DNA from: an uncultured Pseudomonadota bacterium
GTDB lineage: Bacteria; Babelota; Babeliae; Babelales; RVW-14
Reading direction: 5' to 3'
Length of the DNA: 64,000 nt
Assembly (NCBI GenBank): GCA_964493325.1
Contig: CAZBMD010000001.1
Coordinates: forward strand, 59,021 to 123,020
Made by a program: the position numbers and the translations under genes. Below, in pieces: positions 46,236 through 56,146 of this stretch (positions are counted from its first letter, which is position 1; each line of letters opens with the position of its first letter). The notes under the pieces are model-generated. The model was given only the letters and a program-made list of their open reading frames with translations, did not search any database and was not told the DNA's origin.

Positions 46236-47066
46236 TTAAATATTAAGAGACACTTTATGATTATTACTGAGAAGAACTCTTTTTTTAAAATCACGATCTT
46301 TTTCATGTTCCCAACGCTGATGATCCAATTGCTTCTGCCGTTGTTTGCGTTCGAATTCGCGTTGGCGCTCTGCTTCTACGTGCTTTTCATAAAGTGTCGC
46401 TTGCGCAGTGTACTGTTCATGATTAATAACTGGCATCATACGATCCTCAAGAGTCTTTATTATCTCAGGAATTTTATCATGAACGGTGTTACATTTAATT
46501 AAAAGATCTTTACTATCTTCTTGGGTCTGGATTTCTTCAATGGCCTCTTTTAATAATTGCTCGGCGCTACGTAAATCAGTAATAGCACAATTAATATCAT
46601 TTCTACCAAGAACAAGAGGCCAGTTGGTGCCATATTTTGAATTAACATACTTAATAATAGCTTGATCATCATCAAAATTATTTTTCACGAAAGAATCCAG
46701 CTCTGCCATGAGTACACGCTTAGACGTTTTTTGATATTTACCAAGAGGCGTGTACGTAAATAAATACTCAGAAAGACCCCACCATGTAAGTCCTCCAATT
46801 CCAAGCGCCACAGTAACTGCAATTAGTGCTCGCAATCTTTCTTTCCGCTTTTGTTTTTCATCTTGTTCTTTTGGCTGTTCTAGCTGTTTTATAGGTTTTT
46901 TATTATTCAACAAAAAATAAGTAGTAGCTCCAGCAACTCCCCCAAGAACGACTCCACCAGCAGCAGCGCTTATTTGAGCGTTTCGCTGGCTCAAAGGCCG
47001 AGTATGAGAGATAAAACAAGATATCATCAATAACCCTGCAAAAAATTTTATTCTCAACTCTATCAT
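46236..47066 (-). CDS. hypothetical membrane protein (Gly-zipper TM segments)
   Basis: 276 aa. AAAGGVVLGGVAGATTYFLL and ALIAVTVALGIGGLTWWGL helices, with a charged C-terminal tail. Confidence 0.55.
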   Translation of the reverse strand: MIELRIKFFAGLLMISCFISHTRPLSQRNAQISAAAGGVVLGGVAGATTYFLLNNKKPIKQLEQPKEQDEKQKRKERLRALIAVTVALGIGGLTWWGLSEYLFTYTPLGKYQKTSKRVLMAELDSFVKNNFDDDQAIIKYVNSKYGTNWPLVLGRNDINCAITDLRSAEQLLKEAIEEIQTQEDSKDLLIKCNTVHDKIPEIIKTLEDRMMPVINHEQYTAQATLYEKHVEAERQREFERKQRQKQLDHQRWEHEKDRDFKKRVLLSNNHKVSLNI

Positions 47067-47240
47067 GCCATAACCCTTTGTCAGAAAGTTAAACCTGTAT
47101 GGAACCGTTCATCTATGACGATTTTATACAAAGAGCAGGTTTTTTCACCCACCTCAATATTTGTATTTACAACACAGCAAAGTTTACTAAGATTTGTCCT
47201 TATACAAATAGTTCGTCACATTAGCTCTTGGAGATCAATT

Positions 47241-48167
47241 ATGAAAAATAGACTGTCTTATCCGCTATTAACTCTAGCATTCTTATCGTTAACAAATTAT
47301 ATACATCCTATGACTCCATATTCAAGCTTATATGAAGAGACTGAGCTTGAATATCAAACCGATACTGGAAAATGTTATAAATGCAAAAAATCTTGTTTTG
47401 AAAGCGATAGTAATAATTATTACGAAGAAGATAGTGAAAAAAACAACGAGGTATATGTATGTCAAAAATGTTACGTCTTATTTCATCAAGAATGCATACT
47501 ATATTACGATAAGGACTGTTCTCAATGCCTGTCCAAAGACCTTTACAGTCGTCTCACGCCAATAAAAAAAACATTTAATTTAGCAACAATATCACAACTA
47601 AATGTTGACTTAGCAAATGCTAAGTGGGGAAAACTTGGCAATAATTCTTGTAGTTTTGTTGCTCACAACATTGAATACATTTTACAGGTAATGGCAAATA
47701 CGCGCTACGGAAAATCAATCTTAGACAAAGACGTTGATTTTGCGGTAGAACAGGAACTTTTAACCAATTTTTATGGTCAAAAAAACATAATGACTGAATT
47801 TGAGCATAAAAAAAGAGCTATTTTCTTAGCCATTCTTCTTAACGATCAAGAAAGGGTCAAAGGAATTCTTGATAAAGAAGATGAATCCAGCAAGGATCTG
47901 TTGGTAAATTGTTTGGACTACGACGAATCAACTCCTTTACATTATGCAGCAAGACACGGAAATGAAGAAATGATTAAGATTTTACGACAATACAATGCCT
48001 TAATCAAAAAAAATAAACGCGGAGGAACCCCTGTCATGTCGATACTAATTCGAAATTTCGACCCTGAATTAAAGAAAAGATTGATAAGCGCATTTAATTG
48101 CTTGCAAAGCATCCAAGGCTCGGATGATAAAAATCTTATAAACTTACAAAATAACAACAATAATTAA
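47241..48167 (+). CDS. ankyrin-repeat protein with PHD/RING-like C4HC3 zinc finger and signal peptide
   Basis: The ATG at 47241 follows ggaga. Zinc finger: CYKC-x22-CQKC-x4-H-x2-C-x7-C-x2-C (47373-47528). ANK repeats: TPLHYAARHGNEEMIKIL and GGTPVMSIL. Confidence 0.7.
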   Translation: MKNRLSYPLLTLAFLSLTNYIHPMTPYSSLYEETELEYQTDTGKCYKCKKSCFESDSNNYYEEDSEKNNEVYVCQKCYVLFHQECILYYDKDCSQCLSKDLYSRLTPIKKTFNLATISQLNVDLANAKWGKLGNNSCSFVAHNIEYILQVMANTRYGKSILDKDVDFAVEQELLTNFYGQKNIMTEFEHKKRAIFLAILLNDQERVKGILDKEDESSKDLLVNCLDYDESTPLHYAARHGNEEMIKILRQYNALIKKNKRGGTPVMSILIRNFDPELKKRLISAFNCLQSIQGSDDKNLINLQNNNNN

Positions 48168-48220
48168 AACAATAAAGGCTCGCGACTTACAGTAAGTCGC
48201 GAGCCTTTATTGTTTTAATT
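48162..48220. terminator. bidirectional terminator (28-bp perfect palindrome)
   Basis: aattaaaacaataaaggctcgcgactta-cag-taagtcgcgagcctttattgttttaatt. A GC-rich core is flanked by complementary A/T tracts. The left arm overlaps the ANK gene stop codon. Confidence 0.7.
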
Positions 48221-48232
48221 CGTATCTAGACT

Positions 48233-48463
48233 CTAGCGGGGTGCGTCTTCAGATTGATTATTATTCTGATTATTATTTGAATTTCTTTGATTCAAAGCGA
48301 CGCTGAATCGACCGTTATTGGCCCTCGAAGGACGAGCGGTTCGATGTCCAGCTGCACTATTAGAGTTCTCAGGCTTTTGAGGAAGATCTTTTGGGTCAAT
48401 AGCCTTTACCCCTTGAGCAAGACTGATTGCTGCAATAGCCATTACTAGTAATTTCTTATTCAT
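48233..48463 (-). CDS. small secreted Asn-rich protein
   Basis: 76 aa with signal peptide MNKKLLVMAIAAISLAQGVKA and a low-complexity N/S/Q-rich tail. Confidence 0.4.
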   Translation of the reverse strand: MNKKLLVMAIAAISLAQGVKAIDPKDLPQKPENSNSAAGHRTARPSRANNGRFSVALNQRNSNNNQNNNQSEDAPR

Positions 48464-48618
48464 ATATAACTCCTATTTCTTAACTCTTTAAATAAAAAGA
48501 CCATAAATAAATCATATCAAATAGAAATACATATGACAAACGGACTCACAATCAATATAAAACCCTATTTTTAATAAAATTCTGACTTAAAAAGCGGGCT
48601 CTAAACTTATATTTCTTT

Positions 48619-48662
48619 AAATAGAAAAAGAGGCCCTACAAGAGAGCCTCTTTTTCTATTTA
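48619..48662 (-). terminator. intrinsic terminator after groEL
   Basis: agaaaaagaggc...gcctctttttct stem followed by a T-rich tail in the minus-strand sense. Confidence 0.65.
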
Positions 48663-48679
48663 AATTCAGATACTAAAGA

Positions 48680-50320
<1,641 letters not shown>

Positions 50321-50346
50321 TTATCCTTAATTATTAGCTTTGATCA

Positions 50347-50643
50347 CTATTTTTCAACAACGCCCAGAAGCTCTTCTTCTCTTAAGATCAAGTATTCATT
50401 AGTACCAAGCTTAACTTCGGTCCCTGAATACTTACCAAAAAGCACTTTGTCACCATTGGACACTTTAAGGGGACGAACTGAGCCATCAGTTGCAAGTTTA
50501 CCATCGCCAACAGCAACAACAGTCCCATACTGGGTCTTTTCTTGAGCTGTATCGGGGATAATAATCCCTCCAACAGAAGTATTTTCATTTTCAAGGCGCT
50601 TTACAAGTACGCGATCATAAAGAGGTCTTATTGACTCGGTCAT
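50347..50643 (-). CDS. groS: co-chaperonin GroES
   Basis: The ATG at 50643 follows ggaggag. Starts MTESIRPLYDRVLVKRLE and is 98 aa. Confidence 0.95.
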   Translation of the reverse strand: MTESIRPLYDRVLVKRLENENTSVGGIIIPDTAQEKTQYGTVVAVGDGKLATDGSVRPLKVSNGDKVLFGKYSGTEVKLGTNEYLILREEELLGVVEK

Positions 50644-50703
50644 GGTAACTCCTCCAAGCAAAATTGATTGAGTTTATTTAACAATACATTAATAAGATAC
50701 AAT

Positions 50704-50762
50704 TGTGCGAAATTCTCGCACACTATCAATAAACATTATAAGGCAAAAATAAGAAAAATCAA
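50704..50762 (-). promoter_or_regulatory. putative groESL promoter with downstream inverted-repeat operator
   Basis: In the minus-strand sense: TTGATT (50762-50757), a 16-nt spacer, TATAAT (50740-50735), then 12 nt later TGTGCGA-N5-TCGCACA (50722-50704). Confidence 0.4.
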
Positions 50763-50860
50763 CCAAAGTTTTATAGTGGGTGACTAAGATTTTCTTAGAA
50801 ATATTTGAAAATATGTTGAAATAAATTTAGCAGCTTTTCGCGTGCTATTTTTGAGATACA

Positions 50861-50900
50861 ATTCACTCAAGGGCTAGAAACTCTCCACCCTTGAGTGAAT
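50861..50900. other. 13-bp perfect hairpin between the paralog gene and the groES promoter
   Basis: attcactcaaggg-N14-cccttgagtgaat. There is no U-run on either strand, so it is not a canonical intrinsic terminator. Confidence 0.5.
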
Positions 50901-50938
50901 TGGCAAATATATTGGCAGAATCTTTGTTGCAGCTTAAC

Positions 50939-51919
50939 CTACTGCCGAGACAAGATTGCCAGCAAAAGACCCATTGGTTTGTAATATATTGCACACTTAG
51001 AACTCACAGATATATCAAGTATGGAGTGTATTGCTTGGTTGCAAAACTGCGCCGATAGTGCAAAAAAAAGCTTCATGTCTGTGGCATTTAGACTCTTAAT
51101 ATCTCTACCTTCGAAATTTTTAAATATTACAGCCCTTAGCTCAGTCAATTTTTTGATAAGAAAATTCGCATCTTCTTCATCGACGATTGATCCAAGGGTA
51201 TTTTTTATTTTTTGAGTCAAAGTCTCACAATCATAAAAATACAGTCCACAAGTAATTGCCTCATCCGAAATCATCAAATCCTTGGTATTAATATCATTAA
51301 AACTGTTATAACAAATTTGAAAAACATTGCTCAGACCTAGAAATCTTCTAGCCTGTGAATCACTGTCTTCAGGATGAAATAAAAGAATTTTATGAACTGC
51401 TTGTTGATAAAATAACTCCGGAGCATCATTAACCTCATGTTGATTTGCTATCTCATCTCTTAAGTGAGTAAGTTTCGTAGCGATTTGCTCTTGAATATTT
51501 TCTGAGCACATTGAATTATCAAGGATTTGGTTAATTATTCTTATTAAGACGTCTTTTGACTCAAAAGGCTCACATAGAGTTTGCATAAGCACAGGCGAAT
51601 AATTTGACGGCGAAAAACCTAATTTTCCCCTAAAAAGGCTTTGTACAAGCAAAAGTGAATGTCCTGGTTTTCCCTTAAAACCTGCAATCATCCTTTCTGC
51701 AGAACTAAAAAATCCTGCAAGAGTCAAAAGTCTGCTGTCTTGCGTTTTAAACTGATTCAAGAATATTTGATCAAAAAGCAATACATCTTCAATTGTATTT
51801 TCAACCTCTATTTCATCACTCTCATCAGAGAAATATTCATCATCTGAACTCCCGGCATAAACAACTGAAAGTGATTGAAAACATGTTACAAATATGAGTA
51901 ACGATAAAGATTTTTTCAT
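50939..51919 (-). CDS. secreted protein, tandem paralog 1 (acidic SSDDEYFSDESDE N-terminus)
   Basis: 326 aa with a signal peptide. The N-terminal 90 aa or so and the C-terminal 45 aa or so are conserved with 51938..52894. The core is divergent. Confidence 0.65.
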   Translation of the reverse strand: MKKSLSLLIFVTCFQSLSVVYAGSSDDEYFSDESDEIEVENTIEDVLLFDQIFLNQFKTQDSRLLTLAGFFSSAERMIAGFKGKPGHSLLLVQSLFRGKLGFSPSNYSPVLMQTLCEPFESKDVLIRIINQILDNSMCSENIQEQIATKLTHLRDEIANQHEVNDAPELFYQQAVHKILLFHPEDSDSQARRFLGLSNVFQICYNSFNDINTKDLMISDEAITCGLYFYDCETLTQKIKNTLGSIVDEEDANFLIKKLTELRAVIFKNFEGRDIKSLNATDMKLFFALSAQFCNQAIHSILDISVSSKCAIYYKPMGLLLAILSRQ

Positions 51920-51937
51920 TACCTCTCCTTTTCCTTG

Positions 51938-52894
51938 CTACGGTGACGGCAACATTGCGAATAAATTACCAACTGGCTTGAAGTATCTTACACACTTAGA
52001 ACCCACAGATATATCAAGTATAGAGCGTATTGCTTGATCACAAAACTGTGCCGACAGCTCTATAAATCTTTTTATATCTCTGGCATTAAGGATTTCCACA
52101 TTTCTATTTTCAAAATCTTTAAATACCAAGCGCCTGAATTCATCCAATTTTTTAATAAGAAGATTTATATCTTCTGCGCCCACGATTGGCTCAAGGATAT
52201 TTTTTATCTTTAAAGCTAAAGCGTTACTATCATAAATAAACAGTCCTTGATTAAAGGCTCTATCAACGATAATCCAATCGTTGGTATCTGTATTTTTAAG
52301 CATAATGGAATATTCATCAAAAAAATTACCAAGACACAGCAACCTTCCTGCATCTGTCTGGTAGCGTTCTATTAAACACTCTGGATATAATAAAAGAATT
52401 TCACGAACCGCTCGCCGATAAAATATAGTAAACATATCTTCTGGCAAACAGTCCGTCTCTATTTTATCTTTTAATGCTCCAAGCTGCTCAATCATTCTTT
52501 CTCGAGAATCATCTGAGCAAATAGCAACATCACAAACCTCTTTGATGACGTTAACAAGAAATTCTTTGTTCCATACAAGATCGCACAATTTAAATATAAT
52601 AAATTTATAGAGATTGCCAGTACCACAGGGTATTTCAGCAGAAATTTTACTGTACTCTGCAAACATTTCTGCTGAAGAGCTAAAAAATCCTGCAAGAAAC
52701 AAAAGTCTACTGTCTTGCGTTGTAAACTGACTCAAGAATATTTGATCAAAAAGTAATGTATCTTTGGTTGTGTCATCAACCTCTATTTCATCACTCTCAT
52801 CAGAGAAATATTCATCATCTGAACTTCCGGCATAAACAAGTGAAAGTGATGGAAGACTTACAGTTAAGGCCAGCAGTAATAATAATTTCTTCAT
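51938..52894 (-). CDS. secreted protein, tandem paralog 2
   Basis: The ATG at 52894 gives MKKLLLLLALTVSLPSLSLVYAGSSDDEYFSDESDEIEV. A 50-nt exact block is shared with paralog 1 (52776-52825 = 51801-51850). Confidence 0.65.
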   Translation of the reverse strand: MKKLLLLLALTVSLPSLSLVYAGSSDDEYFSDESDEIEVDDTTKDTLLFDQIFLSQFTTQDSRLLFLAGFFSSSAEMFAEYSKISAEIPCGTGNLYKFIIFKLCDLVWNKEFLVNVIKEVCDVAICSDDSRERMIEQLGALKDKIETDCLPEDMFTIFYRRAVREILLLYPECLIERYQTDAGRLLCLGNFFDEYSIMLKNTDTNDWIIVDRAFNQGLFIYDSNALALKIKNILEPIVGAEDINLLIKKLDEFRRLVFKDFENRNVEILNARDIKRFIELSAQFCDQAIRSILDISVGSKCVRYFKPVGNLFAMLPSP

Positions 52895-53025
52895 TACTTT
52901 TCCTTTATTAAAAGGCCATCTCAACTTTCTTCATCATGTGAACAATAGCATGTATGGGCGCATCCTGCAATTTACACACCGATCCCATTGATCTTTAACC
53001 CTACTGCAGTACATTAAAGTTTAAG

Positions 53026-54309
53026 ATGTCCTCAAAAATCATCCATACCTTGAAAGGAATAAAAATGCTGCAATTGAGCTTGTTCGTTACCCTCCTTGTT
53101 TTGACAACAACATTCTCTGCAAACTCTCAGGATATCGATCTCATTCCTCCGCGCAAAAAAGAACAACACCCGCTTCTTTCACAAGCATTACAAAAACAAT
53201 CCATCCCACTATTCAAGGCCTATCCCGAACTTATTGAAAAATTACCCCACGTGTCGCTCGCAACACTGCCCACTCCCGTGCAAAAAATTTCTATGCTCAG
53301 CGACGTCGAAAACTCAACCAACATTTTTATTAAACGAGATGACCAAACCTCAATGTTTATTGGCGGCAGCATGGTGCGCAAGCTAGAATTTTTGCTTGGT
53401 GAGGCTTTATTTGCAAAAGCAAAATGCGTGGTAACTACAAGCTTTACAGGGTCCAATCACGTCATGGCAACAGCCGCCTACAGCAAACAAATTGGACTTC
53501 CTTGTATTGCGTGCTTAACTCCGCACAAACCATCACCGCGAATACTGCAAAATCTTCTTGCAACTCACGCTCTTGGATGTGAATTGCGTCATTATAAAAG
53601 CACAGCTCTTCTCAATATTGATTTGATAAATATTGGACGACAACAAACGGCTGAGATTGGCATTTCTCCCTACTTCATCCCTCGAGGATGCTCAAACAAA
53701 GTTGGTATTATCGGTTTTATCAATGCCGCTTTCGAATTAAAAGAACAAATCACACAAGGACTAATCCCAGCTCCGGATATTATTTATGTAGCCCTTGGTA
53801 GCTCCGGATCTACTGCCGGCCTTTTGGTTGGGCTGCAAGCAGCAGGTTTACCTTCAAAAGTTATTGCTATTCGCGCTCTGGCAGAGTCAACAGCAAAAGA
53901 ATTTCATAAAAGAAAAATCTTAAGTCTTGCTCAAGAAGCAATTGATTACCTTGGTGAACGCGATGAACAGTTCAAGCACATAACAATATCTGAGGATAGA
54001 TGCGAAATCTATGATGACTTTTTTGGTCAAGAAAGCTGTTTTAATTCAAAAGAATCATCGCAGATTATTAAAACACTTGAGCAAACAACAGATATTCAAT
54101 TTGACCAAACATTTACCAGAAAAGCGTTTATGGCCCTGCTTCATGATCTTGCATTAGGCGCACTTAAAAACAAAACGGTACTTTTTTGGAATTCTTTTTG
54201 TAGCGGAACTTTTAGAGATATAATACAAAACGTCAACTATAAAGAATTGCCAACAGATTTTCACCACTATTTTAAAACAGCTCTTCAGCTCGAAGATCAG
54301 GGAGTTTAA
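53026..54309 (+). CDS. ACC deaminase / D-cysteine desulfhydrase family homolog lacking the PLP lysine; signal peptide
   Basis: FIKRDDQTSMFIGGSMVRKLEFL aligns with family FIKRDD....GGNK.RKLEF, so Asn-Lys is replaced by Ser-Met. SNH and GSSGSTAGL motifs are retained. An alternative start lies at 53065. Confidence 0.7.
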   Translation: MSSKIIHTLKGIKMLQLSLFVTLLVLTTTFSANSQDIDLIPPRKKEQHPLLSQALQKQSIPLFKAYPELIEKLPHVSLATLPTPVQKISMLSDVENSTNIFIKRDDQTSMFIGGSMVRKLEFLLGEALFAKAKCVVTTSFTGSNHVMATAAYSKQIGLPCIACLTPHKPSPRILQNLLATHALGCELRHYKSTALLNIDLINIGRQQTAEIGISPYFIPRGCSNKVGIIGFINAAFELKEQITQGLIPAPDIIYVALGSSGSTAGLLVGLQAAGLPSKVIAIRALAESTAKEFHKRKILSLAQEAIDYLGERDEQFKHITISEDRCEIYDDFFGQESCFNSKESSQIIKTLEQTTDIQFDQTFTRKAFMALLHDLALGALKNKTVLFWNSFCSGTFRDIIQNVNYKELPTDFHHYFKTALQLEDQGV

Positions 54310-54315
54310 TATTTC

Positions 54316-55173
54316 ATGCCAAAAAAAATACCACTTATTGGCGCTCATATTTCTATTGCTGGCGGCCTTTATAAAGCATTTGACCGCGGAGAATCGATTG
54401 GTTGTACAGCTATGCAAATTTTTACCAAGAGTAATCGCTCATGGTTTGATAAAAAATTAACAGAAGTCGAAATTAACGCCTGGAAAGAACGCTGGAAATC
54501 ATCAACAGTCAAAGAAGTCGTGGTGCATTCATCGTATCTAATTAACATTGGAGCCAAAACCCCAGAAACCGAAAAAAATTCTGTCGCAGCGCTCAAAGAC
54601 GAGCTGCACCGTTGTCAGTCTCTTGGTATTCCCTACCTGGTACTTCACCCAGGGTCTCACGTGGGAGCCGGAGAAGAAAAGTGCATCAAACAAATTGCTC
54701 AAAATTTAGATACGGTCCTAGAAAGTGGCGATGGCACAACTTCTATATTGCTCGAAACAATGGCCGGCCAAGGGACCAATGTCGGCTCGACATTCGAGCA
54801 AATTGCACAGATCAGATCACTTGCTGAACACAAAAAGAATATCGGCGTGTGTCTTGATACCTGTCATATTTTTTCAGCGGGATACAACATTGCTTCAGAC
54901 GAAGGATACTATGAAACAATGAAAAAATTTGATGACATCGTCGGCCTATCGCTCCTGAAAATAATCCACCTAAACGATTCAAAAACACCGTGTAATTCAC
55001 ACAAAGATCGTCACGAAGCACTGGGTCAAGGATCTATTCCGTTGACAACATTTTCGCTGATTATGAATGATAAAAGACTTGCTTCAATTCCAAAAATTCT
55101 GGAAACCCCCTCAGATGATGACATGCAGCTGTACGCAAGCGAAATAAAATTACTCAAAAAAATGATCAAATAA
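54316..55173 (+). CDS. nfo: endonuclease IV (deoxyribonuclease IV)
   Basis: 285 aa. IGAHISIAGG, VVHSSYLINIG, LVLHPGSH, ILLETMAG, VCLDTCH and IHLNDSK match the Nfo metal-ligand blocks. Confidence 0.92.
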   Translation: MPKKIPLIGAHISIAGGLYKAFDRGESIGCTAMQIFTKSNRSWFDKKLTEVEINAWKERWKSSTVKEVVVHSSYLINIGAKTPETEKNSVAALKDELHRCQSLGIPYLVLHPGSHVGAGEEKCIKQIAQNLDTVLESGDGTTSILLETMAGQGTNVGSTFEQIAQIRSLAEHKKNIGVCLDTCHIFSAGYNIASDEGYYETMKKFDDIVGLSLLKIIHLNDSKTPCNSHKDRHEALGQGSIPLTTFSLIMNDKRLASIPKILETPSDDDMQLYASEIKLLKKMIK

Positions 55174-55255
55174 CTACTGACTAAAAAAGGAGGGATTCGC
55201 CAAGCCAAATAAGCTAAAAAATAGTAATATTTTTTTACTTTCAAAGGAGACTAAA

Positions 55256-56113
55256 ATGAAGCGTCACCTATGTTTTGTATATCTGATCACCTCACTACTT
55301 GTGTCAACATTACACAGCTGGAATGGCGAGCAATATGACAAAGCATCAGATTGTCAATTCAAAGAAGGATTGCAATTGCTGGAAGATATACAATTGCAAG
55401 GCAATGAGCGTGTCTTAGACGTTGGATGCGGCACGTGCAGGCTCGCAGCATACATTGCACAAAAATGCGTCCCTAATGGAAGTGTTGTGGCGATTGATAA
55501 CAACGAAAGTATGATTCAAAAATCTCTAGAAAAACAAGAACAATCACCCATACCAAATCTTCAGATTGAACTTAAAGATGCGTGTGAATTAGATTACCAT
55601 GAAGAATTTGATCTGATTATATCAGTTTTTTGTTTGCACTGGATTCAAGACTTAGAAAGCATGGAGCAAGCAATACAAGGAATTGCGCGCAGTTTAAAAC
55701 CTGGTGGTAAATTTGTTGCAATTTTTAACATTCATGAAACAGATGATGGAAAAATACCAGTTATGACGACAGCAAAAACTTTTGCTACAATTCTCAGCCC
55801 ATTTTCATCCAAACTCAAAGCTGGGTTAGGAAATGAACTCACCCTTAACCAATACAGAACACTCTTAAACAATGCGAAACTCTCTGCCGAAGTTTTTTCT
55901 GCTGCAATGAAAGAAAGAGAAAGTATATCAGAGCAAGAACAAAAAGAACATCTGCTAGCACTCCCTCTCGGTGAAGCCGTCCCTCCCCTTCTTCAACCAA
56001 TATTTCTCTGGATAACGCTTAACACTTTAAAATACTTTGGATTTCAAAACGCTGATGGAACTTATGGCGATAACATGCCGCGCGGCTTTATTATTGCTGA
56101 AAAAATAGAGTAA
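55256..56113 (+). CDS. class I SAM-dependent methyltransferase with signal peptide (tandem paralog 1)
   Basis: Motif I is VLDVGCGTCRLAAYIA. The N-terminus MKRHLCFVYLITSLLVSTLHS is signal-like. Confidence 0.75.
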   Translation: MKRHLCFVYLITSLLVSTLHSWNGEQYDKASDCQFKEGLQLLEDIQLQGNERVLDVGCGTCRLAAYIAQKCVPNGSVVAIDNNESMIQKSLEKQEQSPIPNLQIELKDACELDYHEEFDLIISVFCLHWIQDLESMEQAIQGIARSLKPGGKFVAIFNIHETDDGKIPVMTTAKTFATILSPFSSKLKAGLGNELTLNQYRTLLNNAKLSAEVFSAAMKERESISEQEQKEHLLALPLGEAVPPLLQPIFLWITLNTLKYFGFQNADGTYGDNMPRGFIIAEKIE

Positions 56114-56146
56114 AAGAGCACAATATTTATCGAGAAGGAGACGAGT

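Noticed and set aside
48162-48220. 59-nt perfect palindrome considered as a mobile-element end or recombination site
   Set aside because: A GC-rich core stem with complementary A and T tracts between convergent genes is what a bidirectional intrinsic terminator looks like. I saw no second copy.
50861-50900. HspR HAIR element (words ACTCAAG and CTTGAGT present)
   Set aside because: The arrangement is ACTCAAG...CTTGAGT with a 14-nt loop, not CTTGAGT-N7-ACTCAAG. It is kept only as an unexplained hairpin.
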